Positions 38,287 through 48,974 of a DNA stretch of 63,305 bases are shown one piece after another. Source of the DNA: Opitutales bacterium (lineage in GTDB: Bacteria > Verrucomicrobiota > Verrucomicrobiia > Opitutales > Seribacteraceae). Position 1 is the first letter of the stretch, and every line of letters starts with the position of its first letter. The DNA is taken from the NCBI GenBank assembly GCA_038103695.1, contig JAYNZN010000002.1, positions 2,385-65,689 on the forward strand, given 5' to 3'. A program made the position numbers and the translations under genes. The notes beneath the pieces are model-generated. The model searched no databases and was not told the origin of the DNA. It saw only the letters and a list, made by a program, of their open reading frames with translations.

Positions 38287-40752
38287 TTATAACAATCCCC
38301 TCAAATCTTCTAAAGATAAAGATACATTTGCTGCTTCGGATTCATCGAATACTTGTTCGAGCAACTTTCTTTTTTCTTTTTGTAAATCCAATACTTTTTC
38401 TTCCACAGTTCCAGAAGTAATCAGTTTATAAATAGTCACTTGCTTGTCTTGTCCAATACGGTGAGCCCGGTCGCTTGCTTGCGCTTCTGCCGCAGGATTC
38501 CACCATGGGTCAAAATGTAGCACCACATCAGCACCCGTAAGGTTGAGTCCGGTACCTCCAGCTTTAAGAGAAATCAAGAATACAGGTATACTGTCATCAT
38601 TCTGAAAGCGGTCAACTTGAGCCATGCGGTCAGTGGATGAACCATCTATATAACAGTAGGGAAGGGAAGAGGATTTAAGTTCTTCCTCCAAAAGCTTTAG
38701 AACTTTTACGAATTGCGAAAAAACCAACATTCGGTGGCTTCCCTCCAGGCAATTATAAAGCAATTCTCGAAAGGCGTTCATTTTACAGGAACGATGATTT
38801 TCTAAATCTGGATCGATCAATCTCGGGTCGCAGCAGGTTTGGCGTAGTCTAAGCAGTTGGGTTAGGGTTTTCATTCTCATGGCCCCTTCATTCAGCCCTG
38901 ATGATGCCATTTGATTTAATTCCTTCTCGGCGTCCTTTCGCACATTTTCGTAGCAATCTTTTTGATCTTGGGTGAGGTCAAGGTAGAGAACTTGTTCAAT
39001 TTTCTCAGGTAATTCAGGGGCTACTTCTCGTTTTGATCTTCTTAAAATATAGGGGGCAGCTTGTTTTAATATGCGACGTTCGTGCCAAATCCTATCATCA
39101 CCCCTTGTTCCTTCAGGCAGTTTTGGATTAGCCCCTGGGAGAAGAAATTCTAAAAGAGCTAAGAGATCCGAAGCACTGTTTTCAATCGGAGTTCCGGTAA
39201 GGAGCATACGTCCATCAGAGGAAAGGGCAGATGTGGCTTTTGCATTTTGTGTACGTCTGTTCTTTAAATGTTGAGCTTCATCCCCGATAACACAAAGGAA
39301 ATTAAAGTCACGAAACATATCCAAATCTCTGGATAGGGTGCCATAAGAAGTAATAACTAAATCAAATTTTCCGAGGTAGGAAGGAGTGGTAGCACGACCG
39401 GGGCCATGATGAGAGTATACATCGAAAGATGGACAAAACTTTTTTGTTTCCCGTTTCCAGTTCTCTACAAGTGATGCTGGGCAAACGACCAGTGATGTTT
39501 TCGTTAATACTTTCCTCTTTTTTAAACAGGATAAAAAAGCCAAGGTTTGGAGGGTTTTGCCCAAGCCCATTTCATCTGCGAGTATACCCCCGAGTCCATG
39601 GTCAAATAAATGTAACATCCAGGCTGTTCCTAACGCTTGGTAAGGGCGCAAGACTTCAGTTAAAGGGTCATCTGGATTTGGGGCAGGTAGGGAGGATAAA
39701 TCTTGCAGGGCAAGACTTCTTTTTTTCCATTGAGAAGGAGGTTTGAAACGAGGGTCAGCATCAGTCAAAATGTCTTCAATTGTGGTGGATTGAAAGCGAC
39801 TAATGGATTGAGTCGAATAGGCTAATAAGAGGCCTTCAGCATCTCCTGATGTTTGCCTCTGTACCTGTAGGGTTTTCTCTCGGAGTTCTTTGCTTAAGAG
39901 ATAAGTATGTTTACCATGCTTCAGATGATTCCGGCCAGTGGCTAGAGCATGTTCAATAACTTCAATTGGAGTATTACCAGCCTCGATTCTTGATTCAACT
40001 TTTATTTGATCATTCTCTTCTGTAGCATGCACGCGAAGAACCGCATTTTGAATAGATGAAGTGTGTTCGCGAAAATTTTCAGTAAAAACTGCATCATAAT
40101 CCAGCTCCAGATCTTCCTTGTGATTTGCGAGGAAATCTAAAACTTTCGATTTATCTCTAAGCCACCACCAGTGCCTATGTGAACGATCCCTTATAAAGTT
40201 CCAGTGCCTAAGTAACCGGAGTACCTCCGAGTATCCAGGATGTTCTGAACTGGGTAAGATAATCCGTAAATATTCAGTAGAGCCTTCCACTTCAATAGGA
40301 GGGCCCGAGTAATTCTCAGGCTCCGTCTCCTCTTTTGTAATTACTAGAGAGTCTTTGGCCTCTTCGATTTCTCGAACCTTGGAAGGAGTTTTTTTTCTAG
40401 CAGAGACAGTCAGGTATTCACTGACTCCATCTAGCTCACCATTACTCCAGACGATCGGAGATTCAGGACTGTTTGCGGGAAAGAAACATGGTTTGTTTTG
40501 CAAAAGCTTGAGCAATTCGAAGGTTTGCTCCATGTTCAATTGCAGGAAGGAAGACAGCTTGCCCCCACACCATTGAGAGAGGGCAAAGAGGGCAGATCGC
40601 TCGGAATCTTCCAATCCAGCAAGGTCTTCCATTTGGCATTTTTCCGGTGGCAGTCGAGCTTTGCTCTTTGATTCTAGTTCAATCTTAGCTGGGATGGCAT
40701 TTCGCTGTACGCATCCGGCTAGACTAGGAGGTAGCAAGATACGCAACTTCAC
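38287..40752 (-). CDS. SNF2-family helicase-like ATPase
   Basis: LADEMGLGKT, DEAQ, LTGTPIEN, SLKAGGTGLNL, DPWWNP, DRAHRIGQ. Confidence 0.93.
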   Translation of the reverse strand: MKLRILLPPSLAGCVQRNAIPAKIELESKSKARLPPEKCQMEDLAGLEDSERSALFALSQWCGGKLSSFLQLNMEQTFELLKLLQNKPCFFPANSPESPIVWSNGELDGVSEYLTVSARKKTPSKVREIEEAKDSLVITKEETEPENYSGPPIEVEGSTEYLRIILPSSEHPGYSEVLRLLRHWNFIRDRSHRHWWWLRDKSKVLDFLANHKEDLELDYDAVFTENFREHTSSIQNAVLRVHATEENDQIKVESRIEAGNTPIEVIEHALATGRNHLKHGKHTYLLSKELREKTLQVQRQTSGDAEGLLLAYSTQSISRFQSTTIEDILTDADPRFKPPSQWKKRSLALQDLSSLPAPNPDDPLTEVLRPYQALGTAWMLHLFDHGLGGILADEMGLGKTLQTLAFLSCLKKRKVLTKTSLVVCPASLVENWKRETKKFCPSFDVYSHHGPGRATTPSYLGKFDLVITSYGTLSRDLDMFRDFNFLCVIGDEAQHLKNRRTQNAKATSALSSDGRMLLTGTPIENSASDLLALLEFLLPGANPKLPEGTRGDDRIWHERRILKQAAPYILRRSKREVAPELPEKIEQVLYLDLTQDQKDCYENVRKDAEKELNQMASSGLNEGAMRMKTLTQLLRLRQTCCDPRLIDPDLENHRSCKMNAFRELLYNCLEGSHRMLVFSQFVKVLKLLEEELKSSSLPYCYIDGSSTDRMAQVDRFQNDDSIPVFLISLKAGGTGLNLTGADVVLHFDPWWNPAAEAQASDRAHRIGQDKQVTIYKLITSGTVEEKVLDLQKEKRKLLEQVFDESEAANVSLSLEDLRGLL

Positions 40753-40761
40753 TCCAGAAAA

Positions 40762-43440
40762 TTATGAGTTCAGCGAATGAGAGTTTAACGCAGCAATCAA
40801 TCCTTTACCCGATGGAGCACCTCCCATAGCAAAGTCAGGTTTACCACCTCCTTTGCCTCCGAGTTTTTTAGATAACTCACTCAGGAGAGTGCCTGCTTGA
40901 TATCCCTTTTCCACTGCTAATGGGGAACAAATACATACCAAAGAACACTTGTTTTCTTTTTCAGATGCGAGCAAAACTACAGATGGATCACTGCGCTTAT
41001 TAATTTGAGCGGCTAAGCTACGCAGATCGTTTGGGGTAAAATTTTCCACTTTGCCCACGATTATGTTTATCCCATCTTTTTGAGTAGCAGATTTGATCAA
41101 GTCTTCAGCCATTCCTGCCTGACCTTTTTGCTCAAAGGAACGAATTCTCTTTTCTAGCTCTTTAATCTTATTCTGGGCAAATCCAATTTTTCCCTGTAAT
41201 TCATGGGGCTTACAGGCAAGCTTTTTGAGGAGATCAGTAAAAATATCGATTCGTTCATTCGTCCAGTCGTAGGCAGATTGTCCTGCAACTGCTTCTAGGC
41301 GGCGTGTGCCAGCAGAAATTGCAGATTCTGAGGTTATTCGTATTAAACCAATTTCACCAGAACTACGAACATGAGTGCCTCCGCAGAGTTCTTGGCTCCA
41401 ACCCCCAATATCGACAACCCTCACGATTTCTCCGTATTTATCACCAAAAAAAGCAATGATACTATCGGGTTTTTCAGCAAAAGGGATTTCGTAGCATCTT
41501 ACCTCTTCGTTGAGGAGCAATTTTTCATTGGCCAGTGCTTCTATGGTTTGTAATTCCACTTTGGAAAGAGCTTCGAAATGAGAAAAGTCGAACCGTAAAC
41601 GATCAGGTTGCACCAAAGAGCCTGCTTGGCGTACATGATTACCAAGGACTTTCCGGAGTGCCCAGTGCAGAATGTGAGTAGCTGTGTGATGCCTTTGAAC
41701 GGCAAGTCTCCTTGGCAGGTCGACGCTTACTAGGACTTCTGTACCGAGTACATCGCTTTTGGTCAATGAGCCTGTTAGCTCGTGAAGAAAACGCCCATTC
41801 GCATCTTTGGTGACATTTAGAATTTCAAATGTTTGATGATCGACGACGGCGGAGCCAGTGTCAGCTACTTGTCCACCCATCTCAGCATAGAAAGGAGACT
41901 GGTCTAGGATAAGGTAATTTTTTTCATCTTGGCTTATCCAATCTTTGCAAGTGGCTGCAAATCCGTTTAGATTAGATAAATCGTATCCTTGAAATTGAGT
42001 TTCTTTTGCTGGCTCACCATCGTTGGAAATTACAATATCGACAGATTTATGAGCATCCCTTGCCCTTTTTCTTTGGGCCTCCATTTCTTGCAGGAAAGAA
42101 TTGTGGTCTAGAGTTAAGCCACGCTCTTTTGCCATCAATTCGGTAAGATCGATCGGAAAGCCAAATGTGTCATATAATTTGAAGGCAAATTGACCAGAAA
42201 TCTTGTCACCCTTTTGAAATCCAGAGGTTTCCCGTGAGAATAGTTCAATACCTCGATCAAGGGTCTTGTTAAAGGACTCTTCCTCTGATCGAATGGTTTT
42301 TTCAATTAATTCTTTCCGCATCTCAAGCTCAGGAAAGAAATCTTTCATTTGATCAATAATAACGGAAGAAAGCTTGTGGAAGAACGGCTCAGAAAAGCCA
42401 AGTATTCTTCCGTACCGTACCGCTCTCCTCAAAATTCTTCTAAGAACATAATTACGATCGCTATTTCCTGGAAGAATGCCATCTGCTATAGAAAAGGTTA
42501 GGGTTCTGGAGTGATCGGCGATTACACGAAAGGCAATATCCACTTCTTCCTGCTTATTTTCTGCACTACCGTTGGATGGGAGAGTTGACTGGTAACGGTG
42601 GCCAGACATTTCCTCTAATCTCTGAAAAAGAGGAGAAAAAACATCGGTGTCATAATTTGAGGCTGGGGTGGAAAAGTCTGTAAACTGATTGGTTGCTTGG
42701 ATGACTGAAGCGACTCTTTCAAAACCCATTCCCGTATCAACATGTTTGGACTTTAGGGGTGAGAAGCGTCCTTCTTTGTCTGCATTAAATTGAATGAAGA
42801 CAAGGTTCCAGATTTCAATGCAAAGGTGAGAATCTGCATTAACCAATTTTCCTTCACTGTCTCCATTGGGTGTAAGATCCAGATGCAGTTCTGAACATGG
42901 ACCACATGGCCCGGTTTCTCCCATCATCCAAAAATTATCTTTTTTACCTCCCAGTACGACATGTACAGAAGGATCGAGGCCAGCATGATCAAATATTTCG
43001 GTCCAATAATCGAAAGCTTCCTGATCAAATTCAGCCGGTTCTCCGTTTCCTGGATCATAGACAGTTGCATAGAGGCGTTCTGCCGGAAACTTCCAATGGT
43101 CGACTAATAGTTCCCATGCCCACTGAATTGCCTCTTTTTTAAAATAATCACCAAATGACCAGTTTCCCAGCATTTCGAAAAATGTATGATGATAGGTGTC
43201 CAAACCAACATCATCCAAGTCATTGTGCTTACCTCCTGCCCTGATACACTTTTGGGAATCGACTGCACGGGCATAGGGTGCTTTTTGGTCTCCCAAAAAG
43301 TAAGGCACAAATTGGTTCATGCCCGCATTGGTGAAAAGAAGATTTGGTGATTCAGGAAGTAGTGAGGCCGATGTGACTACTTCGTGCTTTTTTGACTCAA
43401 AAAAATCGAGAAAGGATTTGCGAATTTCTCGTGATTTCAT
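40762..43440 (-). CDS. alaS: Alanine--tRNA ligase
   Basis: LLFTNAGMNQF, HHTFFEMLGNWSFG, DTGMGFER, HTATH, ELCGGTHV, GGKGGG. Confidence 0.98.
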   Translation of the reverse strand: MKSREIRKSFLDFFESKKHEVVTSASLLPESPNLLFTNAGMNQFVPYFLGDQKAPYARAVDSQKCIRAGGKHNDLDDVGLDTYHHTFFEMLGNWSFGDYFKKEAIQWAWELLVDHWKFPAERLYATVYDPGNGEPAEFDQEAFDYWTEIFDHAGLDPSVHVVLGGKKDNFWMMGETGPCGPCSELHLDLTPNGDSEGKLVNADSHLCIEIWNLVFIQFNADKEGRFSPLKSKHVDTGMGFERVASVIQATNQFTDFSTPASNYDTDVFSPLFQRLEEMSGHRYQSTLPSNGSAENKQEEVDIAFRVIADHSRTLTFSIADGILPGNSDRNYVLRRILRRAVRYGRILGFSEPFFHKLSSVIIDQMKDFFPELEMRKELIEKTIRSEEESFNKTLDRGIELFSRETSGFQKGDKISGQFAFKLYDTFGFPIDLTELMAKERGLTLDHNSFLQEMEAQRKRARDAHKSVDIVISNDGEPAKETQFQGYDLSNLNGFAATCKDWISQDEKNYLILDQSPFYAEMGGQVADTGSAVVDHQTFEILNVTKDANGRFLHELTGSLTKSDVLGTEVLVSVDLPRRLAVQRHHTATHILHWALRKVLGNHVRQAGSLVQPDRLRFDFSHFEALSKVELQTIEALANEKLLLNEEVRCYEIPFAEKPDSIIAFFGDKYGEIVRVVDIGGWSQELCGGTHVRSSGEIGLIRITSESAISAGTRRLEAVAGQSAYDWTNERIDIFTDLLKKLACKPHELQGKIGFAQNKIKELEKRIRSFEQKGQAGMAEDLIKSATQKDGINIIVGKVENFTPNDLRSLAAQINKRSDPSVVLLASEKENKCSLVCICSPLAVEKGYQAGTLLSELSKKLGGKGGGKPDFAMGGAPSGKGLIAALNSHSLNS

Positions 43441-43463
43441 TTTGCAGATGAGTAAGAGGTAAC

Positions 43464-44567
43464 TCAGGTAATTCTTGAAAGTATTGCATTGCCCATTTCC
43501 TGTGTGCCAACAGAGGAGGACCCTTGCGCAATATCTCCAGTTCGAAGCCCTGAACGAATCGTTTCTTTAACTGCATTTTCAATGGCCAGAGCAGCATCTT
43601 CGAGACCGAAACTATATCTTAGCATCAAGGCTGCACTAAGAACTTGAGCACAAGGATTGGCGAGTCCCTTCCCTGCAATGTCAGGAGCCGTTCCTCCAGC
43701 TGGTTCATACAACCCATAAGGATAATTATAGGTGTTTTTAGAGGTCCCTAAGCTTGCAGAGGCAAGCATTCCCAGCGATCCGCAAATAACTGCCAGTTCG
43801 TCCGAGAGAATATCTCCAAACATATTCTCTGTAAGCAAGACATCGAATTGATTGGGGGCTCGTACCAATTGCATGGCAGCATTATCGACATACATGTGGG
43901 ACAACTGAATACTTGGGTCTAAAGATTTTACGCATTTCGCTACTGTTTCTCGCCAAAGAACGGATGTTTCTAGAACATTGGCTTTGTCAACTGAGCATAT
44001 TCTCCCTTCGCGCAGAGCGGCTGCCTTTACTGCAATTTCTGTAATACGTTCGATTTCTGATGTGCGATACACCATTGTATCAATTGCTTCCTTTTGTCCA
44101 TCATTCAGAGTTTTGGTATTTTTTGGCTGACCAAAATAAATACCGCCAGTCAGTTCTCGGACACATAGAACATCAATTCCACACCCTGCAACATCCTTAC
44201 GCAAAGGTGAAAGGTCGGCTAGCTCTGGAAATAAGTTACCCGGTCTTAAGTTAGCAAAAAGTTCAAATGCTTTTCTTAATGGTAGAAGGGCGGCTCGTTC
44301 GGGTTGTTCCTTTGGAGGTAGGCTTTCCCACTTCGGTCCACCGACCGACCCAAACAAAATTGCGTCGGCTGACTTACAAGCATTTAAAGTGGGTTCAGGC
44401 AATGCGGTGCCGTGGTTGTCTATGCCAATCCCACCGACATCGTGCTGAGATGTCTCAATGGTGAAATTATAGATATTACCTGTTTTTTGCAAAACTTCTA
44501 GGGCAATAGACATGACTTCAGGCCCGATTCCATCCCCGGGTAGATTAGTGAATCGTATGATATTCAT
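43464..44567 (-). CDS. leuB: 3-isopropylmalate dehydrogenase
   Basis: [47 protein letters not shown]. Confidence 0.97.
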   Translation of the reverse strand: MNIIRFTNLPGDGIGPEVMSIALEVLQKTGNIYNFTIETSQHDVGGIGIDNHGTALPEPTLNACKSADAILFGSVGGPKWESLPPKEQPERAALLPLRKAFELFANLRPGNLFPELADLSPLRKDVAGCGIDVLCVRELTGGIYFGQPKNTKTLNDGQKEAIDTMVYRTSEIERITEIAVKAAALREGRICSVDKANVLETSVLWRETVAKCVKSLDPSIQLSHMYVDNAAMQLVRAPNQFDVLLTENMFGDILSDELAVICGSLGMLASASLGTSKNTYNYPYGLYEPAGGTAPDIAGKGLANPCAQVLSAALMLRYSFGLEDAALAIENAVKETIRSGLRTGDIAQGSSSVGTQEMGNAILSRIT

Positions 44568-44645
44568 TTAAACTCACAACACCATAGTCCATTACTTTCG
44601 TCGTGCAATGAGGAAAAACTGACACTTCTATTCCCTCAGTATAAG

Positions 44646-44673
44646 TTGACAAAAAATTGTAACTCTCTATTAT
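44646..44673 (+). promoter_or_regulatory. Sigma70-type promoter of the nusA-infB-rbfA operon
   Basis: TTGACA (44646), 16-bp spacer, TATTAT (44668). Confidence 0.65.
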
Positions 44674-44707
44674 ATAACTTTGAAATTAACAGTCTAGTCC
44701 AAGAATG

Positions 44708-44737
44708 GGACGGGCACATTGCTCGTCCTTTTTTTTT
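44708..44737 (+). terminator. Intrinsic terminator/attenuator in the nusA 5' leader
   Basis: GGACGGGCA-CAT-TGCTCGTCC hairpin followed by T9, between the promoter and the nusA ATG. Confidence 0.8.
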
Positions 44738-44771
44738 CTCAAATATTAATCCACATAAATTATTTTAACCC

Positions 44772-46034
44772 ATGAGCAGCGAAATCCTCGCAGTCCTTGA
44801 ATACATGGAAAAAGAGAAGGGTATCAGTCGTCCAGACATGATAGCCACAATCGAAAACGCCATCAAAGCGGCGGCCGAAAGGGGAGGGGCGAACTCTCAA
44901 CCGAGTGAGGTACGCGTAGAAATTAATTCTAAATCCGGGGCTTTACAGGCATGGACTTTGCTCACCGTAGTAGAGTCTGTTTCTGACACAGCCCGTGAAA
45001 TCCATCTAGACAAAGCAAGGTTGTATGCAGAGAATCCTCAGGTTGGAGATGTGGTTGAAAGGGAAATGGATCCCGCCTACCTCGGTCGTATTGCTGCCAA
45101 GACTGCTGAGCAGGCTATTAAACAGAGACTTAGGCAATTTGAAAAAGAACATATTTATGATGAGTTTCGAGATCAAGTTGGTAACCTCGTTACTGGAACT
45201 GTTCGTCGGAAAGAACGCGGTGACCTTATTGTAGAGGTAGGAAAAGCTGAAGCCCTTTTACCTTGGCGTGAGCAAGCACCTGGGGAAGATTGGGTGCCAG
45301 GAGAACGTATTAGATGTTTGTTAGTCAAACTGGAGCAACAGGGCAGGGGACCTGAGCTTATTCTGAGTCGTTCTAGCCTGAATTTTGTAAGAAAATTATT
45401 CGAAATGGAAGTTTCGGAAATTTCGGATGGTACAGTAAGTCTTGCCTCAATGGCACGAGAACCTGGATACAGAACGAAGGTTTGTGTAAAAAGCACTGAT
45501 CCTAAGGTTGATCCAGTCGGTGCTTGCGTCGGTGCTCGCGGGGGTAGAGTCAAAAGCATTGTCCGTGAGATGAACGGGGAAAAAGTTGATATTATTCGGT
45601 GGTTCGAAGATCCTGTGGAACAACTTGTGGAGGCTCTTAAGCCAGCAATTCCACAGAATGTAAACCTAGATAGAGACAAGAGAAGAATGTATTTCGAAGT
45701 TAAAGAGGACGACCTCTCTGTGGCCATTGGTCGAAAGGGGATTAATGCACGCTTAACTTCTAGGTTGCTGGGATGGAAGTTAGACATCGGTAAAGTTGTG
45801 GTCAAAGAAGTTGGCTTCGATGAAAGAAAGAGTAAAGCTGCTGAGGGCTTAACCTCAGTAGGAATAGAGTTTGAAGTTGCCGACCGCCTAGTCGCATTTG
45901 GTCTTGTAAGCCCAGAAGCTTTCGAAGGCGTAACTGAAACAGATTTAGTTGGACTGGGCTTTGATGCTCCTGTTGCCCAAGACATATTATCAAAGGTAGC
46001 TTCAAAAGAGCCTTTGCCTGAGGAAAACGAATAA
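44772..46034 (+). CDS. nusA: Transcription factor NusA
   Basis: [43 protein letters not shown]. Confidence 0.97.
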   Translation: MSSEILAVLEYMEKEKGISRPDMIATIENAIKAAAERGGANSQPSEVRVEINSKSGALQAWTLLTVVESVSDTAREIHLDKARLYAENPQVGDVVEREMDPAYLGRIAAKTAEQAIKQRLRQFEKEHIYDEFRDQVGNLVTGTVRRKERGDLIVEVGKAEALLPWREQAPGEDWVPGERIRCLLVKLEQQGRGPELILSRSSLNFVRKLFEMEVSEISDGTVSLASMAREPGYRTKVCVKSTDPKVDPVGACVGARGGRVKSIVREMNGEKVDIIRWFEDPVEQLVEALKPAIPQNVNLDRDKRRMYFEVKEDDLSVAIGRKGINARLTSRLLGWKLDIGKVVVKEVGFDERKSKAAEGLTSVGIEFEVADRLVAFGLVSPEAFEGVTETDLVGLGFDAPVAQDILSKVASKEPLPEENE

Positions 46035-46076
46035 TCTCTTCCTGCTGTCCTTACAAATTAACATATAAATTCAAAA

Positions 46077-48419
46077 ATGAGCGTACGAATCCACGCAATC
46101 GCCAAGCAGACTAACAAAACAAGCAAAGAGGTGATCGCCATCTTGGCCGAGCGGGGATATGAAATAAAAAGTGCTTCATCAACACTTGATAATATAACTG
46201 CCCAATCCCTCATCGATGAATTATCGAAAGATATTGATGGGGCTATCTCAGATTCTGCTGAGCAGAATAATCTAAATGAAGAACCGCAAAAGGAAATTGT
46301 TTCCAGTGACGATAATAATGTTCCTTTCGTCAAATCGAAGCAAGATTTAGATAAAGAACGCTTGGAGCGGGAAAAAATAGAACAGCAAGAATCTAAAGCA
46401 AAAGAATCGAATGAAGTGGTTGCTGAAGCAGATGATGTTTCATCATCAGAAGAACCACCCAGGTCAAATGATTCCAAAACTGCCGGTACTGCTCCAATGC
46501 TGCCACCTCCTCCTGTTAAATCTGCCGGAGCTCCGCCGCAATTGTCTTCTAAAAATGTCAAATCATCTACTGATGAGAAAGAAGAATTAGAATCTGGTGG
46601 GACTGTCGAAGGTAATCTTATCATTGTAAAACCGCCCATTGTAGTCAGGGATTTTGCGGGACTTATTGGACTGAAGCCATTTCAACTCATTTCTGAGCTT
46701 ATGGAAATGGGAATATTTGCTTCGATGAATCAGACTATTGAGGAGGAAGTTGCAAATAAGGTCGCCAAGTCTAAAGGATTCGAATTGGAGATCCGTCATC
46801 GAGGCGAAAAAGCTGAACCACAAGCCAAAAAGGTTAGGCAGGTAGTTGACGAGAATGATGAAAAATTTCTCGAAACCCGTCCTCCTGTTGTATGCATTCT
46901 TGGTCATGTTGATCATGGTAAAACCACCCTTTTAGATACTCTTCGCAAAACGAATGTGGTTGATAGAGAAGCAGGTGGAATTACTCAACATGTGGGGGCG
47001 TATCAAGTAGATCGTAACGGACGTAAAATCACCTTTCTTGACACCCCGGGTCACGCTGCATTTTCTAAAATCAGGGAAAGAGGAGCTAGTTTAACCGATG
47101 TCTCTGTGCTGGTTGTAGCTGCGGATGATGGTTTCATGCCGCAAACGGATGAGGCCTTAAAATTTGCTCAGCGATCCCAGTCCTCTCTTGTTGTTGCGAT
47201 AAACAAAACTGATGTAAAGGGAGCAGATATTGATAAGGTCAAAACACAAATGCAGGAACGCTCAATTGCCGCTGAAGATTGGGGTGGGGAGGTTGTAACA
47301 GTTCCAGTTTCTGCTCTTAAAGGTGACAACATTGACGAGCTTTTAGATATGATTCTACTTCAATCGGAACTGATGGAATTGAAAGCTAATCCTAAAGCTA
47401 CTGTGGAAGCGATTGTGGTTGAGGCAAGGATGGAGGTGGGTAGAGGTCCAACTGCTACGGTCATTGTACAAAAAGGCACTTTAAAAGTTGGCGACTCTTT
47501 TGCTTGTGGATCTGTTTATTGCAAAGTAAAGGCAATGATTGACGATCAAGGTAATCAGATTAAGTCGGCACCCCCGTCAACGCCTGTGAATGTACTAGGA
47601 TGGTCTGGTGTCCCTGATGCTGGTGCTACTTGCGCGGGTTGTAAAAACGAACGTGAAGCAAGGCGTGTTGCCCAGGAAACAGAAGATTTAGAAAAGAAAA
47701 TTGAATCCATGCCTCAGGATGAGTCTTTAGTTACAGAGCAAGCTGAGGATGAAGGAGGATCTGCTGCAGTAGATGCTCTCTTTGCTGCTATCAGTAAAAG
47801 TAAATCCACAATTTATAAATTGATCCTAAAAGCTGATGTTCGTGGCTCAGTTGAAGCACTCAGGGATTCTCTTGAATTAATAAAGAGTGAAAAAATTAAT
47901 TTAGAGGTCTTATCGGCCGAAGTTGGTCAGATAACCAAAAACGATGTTAAGATGGCTCAAACATCTCAGGCCGATATTCTTGGATTTAATGTTAAGCTAG
48001 AAAACGGAGTTATGGGAGAGGCTAAACATTTAGGCGTTAATGTTTTTCAAAACAGTATAATCTATGAGATTATTGACCTTGTAAAAGACAACATGTCTGA
48101 GTTACTTGAGCCTGAATTGGTTGAAAAGAAGACAGGTAGAGCGGAAGTTAGACAGGTCTTTAAGGTAAGTAAAGGTAGGTCTGTTGCTGGATGTATGATT
48201 ATGGAGGGCAACATTACTCGTAATAAGGGCGCCCGCCTTGTTCGAGGTGGTAAAATAATCGCCGAAGGGAAGATTGATACCCTTCGTCGTTTCAAGGACG
48301 ATGTTACCGATGTTAAAGCTGGTTTTGAGTGCGGAATGCGCCTTGATTCTTTTGATAAATATGAAGAAGGAGATATCATAGAAACTTTCGAGATCGAAAA
48401 AATTCGGCCAAGTCTTTAA
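46077..48419 (+). CDS. infB: Translation initiation factor IF-2
   Basis: RPPVVCILGHVDHGKTT, EAGGITQH, DTPGH, NKTD, GFECG. Confidence 0.98.
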   Translation: MSVRIHAIAKQTNKTSKEVIAILAERGYEIKSASSTLDNITAQSLIDELSKDIDGAISDSAEQNNLNEEPQKEIVSSDDNNVPFVKSKQDLDKERLEREKIEQQESKAKESNEVVAEADDVSSSEEPPRSNDSKTAGTAPMLPPPPVKSAGAPPQLSSKNVKSSTDEKEELESGGTVEGNLIIVKPPIVVRDFAGLIGLKPFQLISELMEMGIFASMNQTIEEEVANKVAKSKGFELEIRHRGEKAEPQAKKVRQVVDENDEKFLETRPPVVCILGHVDHGKTTLLDTLRKTNVVDREAGGITQHVGAYQVDRNGRKITFLDTPGHAAFSKIRERGASLTDVSVLVVAADDGFMPQTDEALKFAQRSQSSLVVAINKTDVKGADIDKVKTQMQERSIAAEDWGGEVVTVPVSALKGDNIDELLDMILLQSELMELKANPKATVEAIVVEARMEVGRGPTATVIVQKGTLKVGDSFACGSVYCKVKAMIDDQGNQIKSAPPSTPVNVLGWSGVPDAGATCAGCKNEREARRVAQETEDLEKKIESMPQDESLVTEQAEDEGGSAAVDALFAAISKSKSTIYKLILKADVRGSVEALRDSLELIKSEKINLEVLSAEVGQITKNDVKMAQTSQADILGFNVKLENGVMGEAKHLGVNVFQNSIIYEIIDLVKDNMSELLEPELVEKKTGRAEVRQVFKVSKGRSVAGCMIMEGNITRNKGARLVRGGKIIAEGKIDTLRRFKDDVTDVKAGFECGMRLDSFDKYEEGDIIETFEIEKIRPSL

Positions 48420-48435
48420 TCCCTTTATTTTTCAG

Positions 48436-48783
48436 ATGAGCCTTCGTCTGGCTAGAGTTAACGAGTTAGTAAAAAGAGAAATTGGAAATTTTCTTAGCAC
48501 CAGATACGGTGCCGAAACAGTTCGTTGGACAATTACTTCTGTCGATGTAGCCGCTGACCTCAGAAACGCTACGGTTGCATATTCGGTTATTGGGGATGAT
48601 TTGTGTGCCAGAGAAGCACAATATTTTTTTAGAAAACATGCATCAGAAATTCGTGGGATAGTAAGCAAAAATATTGTTTTAAAGTATTCACCAAAACTAC
48701 AATTCGTTCGAGATCTTGGTATTGAAAGGGGAAACCGAGTAATGGAGATTTTAGATGATTTAGATCATTCATCTGAGGTTTGA
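48436..48783 (+). CDS. rbfA: Ribosome-binding factor A
   Basis: RLARVNEL..EI, DLRNA, LKYSPKLQF; follows infB. Confidence 0.92.
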   Translation: MSLRLARVNELVKREIGNFLSTRYGAETVRWTITSVDVAADLRNATVAYSVIGDDLCAREAQYFFRKHASEIRGIVSKNIVLKYSPKLQFVRDLGIERGNRVMEILDDLDHSSEV

Positions 48784-48833
48784 ATGCATACAATAGATTA
48801 TCGCCCACTACACCGTGACACTTAGTAGCATGT

Positions 48834-48864
48834 ATGTGACAAATAGCGTGCCATTATGTCACAT
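48834..48864. promoter_or_regulatory. Inverted repeat upstream of dnaK, candidate operator
   Basis: ATGTGACA-N15-TGTCACAT, with a third GTGACA at 48815. Confidence 0.5.
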
Positions 48865-48974
48865 TAACTAGACTTTTCATTGGCTTATGAATGTACTACT
48901 ATTCCTTAAGTCCCTTTTTGATAATAACTTAAAGATGTTTGAGAAGAAGGCGCGAAAGGTGCAGGAGCTATAGT

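Noticed and set aside
38287-40752. SNF2 helicase as part of an anti-phage defence system
   Set aside because: It is a lone gene directly downstream of alaS, with no nuclease, methylase or other defence partner nearby.
45173-45985. Long antisense ORFs (also 36247..36840, 46058..46639, 62124..62738, 2029..2661, 6869..7456)
   Set aside because: They mirror conserved genes on the opposite strand and show low-information composition with no motifs.
48939-48974. N-terminal extension of DnaK from the TTG at 48939
   Set aside because: The GTG at 48975 has an SD and gives the canonical SKILGIDLG start.
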